Shown here piece by piece: positions 62,136 through 64,000 of a DNA stretch of 64,000 bases. How positions within the stretch are numbered: position 1 is the first letter of the stretch; each line of letters starts with the position of its first letter. Under the pieces are notes generated by a model. That model ran no database searches, was not told the origin of the DNA, and was given only the letters and a program-made list of their open reading frames with translations. The translations under genes and the position numbers were made by a program. The DNA is from Lama glama. Its lineage: Eukaryota. The DNA lies in the NCBI GenBank assembly GCA_028534125.1, contig CM052817.1, positions 27,282,001 through 27,346,000 on the forward strand, written 5' to 3'.

Positions 62136-63714
62136 TTAAATGCTCCTGGCAAATCCAAATGCACTGAAAGTCAGGTGAGTGCTGACTGTCGCTGGACATC
62201 GGCCAATTCCTGGAGCCAGGCTAGAACCCATGCAGATTAGGAGAGCAGTGGTGCACACACGGCAGATACAGGAAATCCCCGAATTCTATTCATTGTGGGG
62301 CGTGTTCCTAGAGATATTTTGATAATGTCTTCCTAAGTTCTGAATTTCATAATTGCACTTCTGTTAAAGGGAGTTTGTTTGCTTCATATGCAGGAAACCT
62401 AACAAAAACCATTAAAAAAAAAAAAAAGCCTGACAGCTAGAAGAGAAAAGTCACATTGGTGTTAGTTACTGATTTTCCAAAGAGGTCCAGGTCTTCTCTG
62501 CTGCACTTGCAAATCTTTCTGAGATATCCTAATCCTTATTAAAATTTTTGAAAGCAAGTATTTATTATAGAAAATATATTAAAATAGTAAGTTCACCATA
62601 TGCAGTCTCAGTTTACATGTTGATATCTCAACCTAGTCTTTTAAAGAAATTGAAGATTATACGGATGCTTTGTATCTATTGCATTTTAAATACCTGGCAG
62701 TATAGGTATCTGGGTTCATTGGAAACTCAAATGAGCCCCAAATGAGCGTTACCTTCATTTTCTGTGAACTCCAAATCCAGCATCATGTTGCCTTTTCCCT
62801 ATGGGCTGTAAGGGAAGTAAACCAAGGAGATTGGACAGAGCAGGGGGCTTCTCACTACCTGTCTGGTTTCCCTAGAGAACCACTAAGTACCATCCTCCAA
62901 GCCAGAGAGCTGCACGCTGCTTCACAGTGGCCCAGGGAAGGAGATGAGCCACTTTCTAGTGGGAAATGACAGCTAAGGGAAAGGTAGCAAGAAGGTCCAT
63001 GCGTGTCCTCTGAAGACAGGAGAGAAAGACCTGGGTGAGGCACTGACGTGTCTCAGGGGGCTCTCAGGAATGAATTGCTGACCCCTCCCCTCTCACTCCT
63101 GCCCGTCCTTCCCAAGGTGCTGCCTTGGGCTTAGGAAGCCTTTTCTATGTTCTCTGGAACCTTCCATCTGCTAGAGCCTAGAGCATGTGCCTGGTCTGAA
63201 TGTACTTTCCCACTGAAGCGTTGTTCTGCTCAGTGGTTAGGTTCCGTAGTGTAGTTAGGACTCCTCTTCGGGTACGTTTTGGATTAAGTTAGCTTTTCTG
63301 GCCCAAACTGAGGACCACCATGCAAAGATTATTTCTGTGAGATAATTACAAATGATGACTTACAAGCCACCATCTTACAAAAGAGCTTTTGATACATAGC
63401 TTGCACCTAAGTTTGAAGCAGCCTGTATATAAGTGTCAAGCTGGCAATTCCTATCAGTAGCTAAACAGCAATAATTGCAATTACCTTTTTTTTTTAACCA
63501 TCTCGCATGTAACTGGCAAGGGCTATAAATACACACCGTGTCTGTTTTTTACGGGTGTAATGGATGAAGAAACTGTTCTTCATTTCATCCTCTGCGGTCC
63601 CTTCTTGACTTGAGTTGACAGTAATGTCAATAATAATGCATAACTCCCATATGAGTGCCCAGAAGGTGCTGGACCCTAGGCTGTGTTCTTAGTATATAGT
63701 TTCTGTAATGCTGA

Positions 63715-63875
63715 CATCCCTATAAGGTTGGTGGCATCCCCCACCTCACAGATTAGAGATTCCAGAATCGGAAAGGTTGGGAAACATGCCCCAGGCCACA
63801 TAGCTAATAAGCAGGTAAGGCTGGGATGCTAAACAGAGTCCTCCTGACTCCAAAGCTTTTGCACTGTGTTCCGTG
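63715..63875 (-). mobile_element. MIR SINE
   Basis: atgccccaggccacatagctaataag…ctgggatgctaaac…cctgactccaaagc. Confidence 0.7.
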
Positions 63876-64000
63876 ATAGAGTTGTTCTTCTCTCATTTTC
63901 ATTGTTTGATTAGACATTTTTTCATAAACAGACCTCTGTTTATGTGTATCTTGAACAAATCCATCTATTTGATAGATGGTGAAGATGAATCCTGGAGATA

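Noticed and set aside
460..63043. The many 60-155 aa ORFs in the six-frame track
   Set aside because: No recognisable domains, and many lie in decayed repeats. This is the expected background. Only the end of ORF 6777-6965 overlaps a real exon.

Overview
Mammalian genomic DNA, mostly intronic and rich in interspersed repeats, with two assembly gaps (40322-40821, 57773-58271). A tRNA-Ala-derived Vic-1-type SINE points to a camelid. Only one protein-coding exon is recognisable: a 70-nt + strand exon (6884-6953) encoding (E)[23 protein letters not shown], part of the calponin-homology (CH) domain of LIMCH1. The flanking coding exons are not in the window, so the rest lies in two long LIMCH1 introns. 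About 13.8 kb downstream is a probable internal promoter and non-coding first exon (donor at 20793/20794), followed by a CpG-rich block. The remainder is mostly MIR, L2, L1, MaLR/ERV solo LTRs and DNA-transposon fossils. I found no evidence of a new multi-gene system. The best leads are regulatory or splicing candidates: a young sense-strand LTR with CCAAT, octamer and TATA elements plus a splice donor, a 127-nt L2-derived cryptic exon, uORFs in the internal first exon, and a hairpin covering a candidate poison microexon donor. Repeat subfamily names come from remembered consensus sequences, not a search, and most repeat boundaries are approximate.
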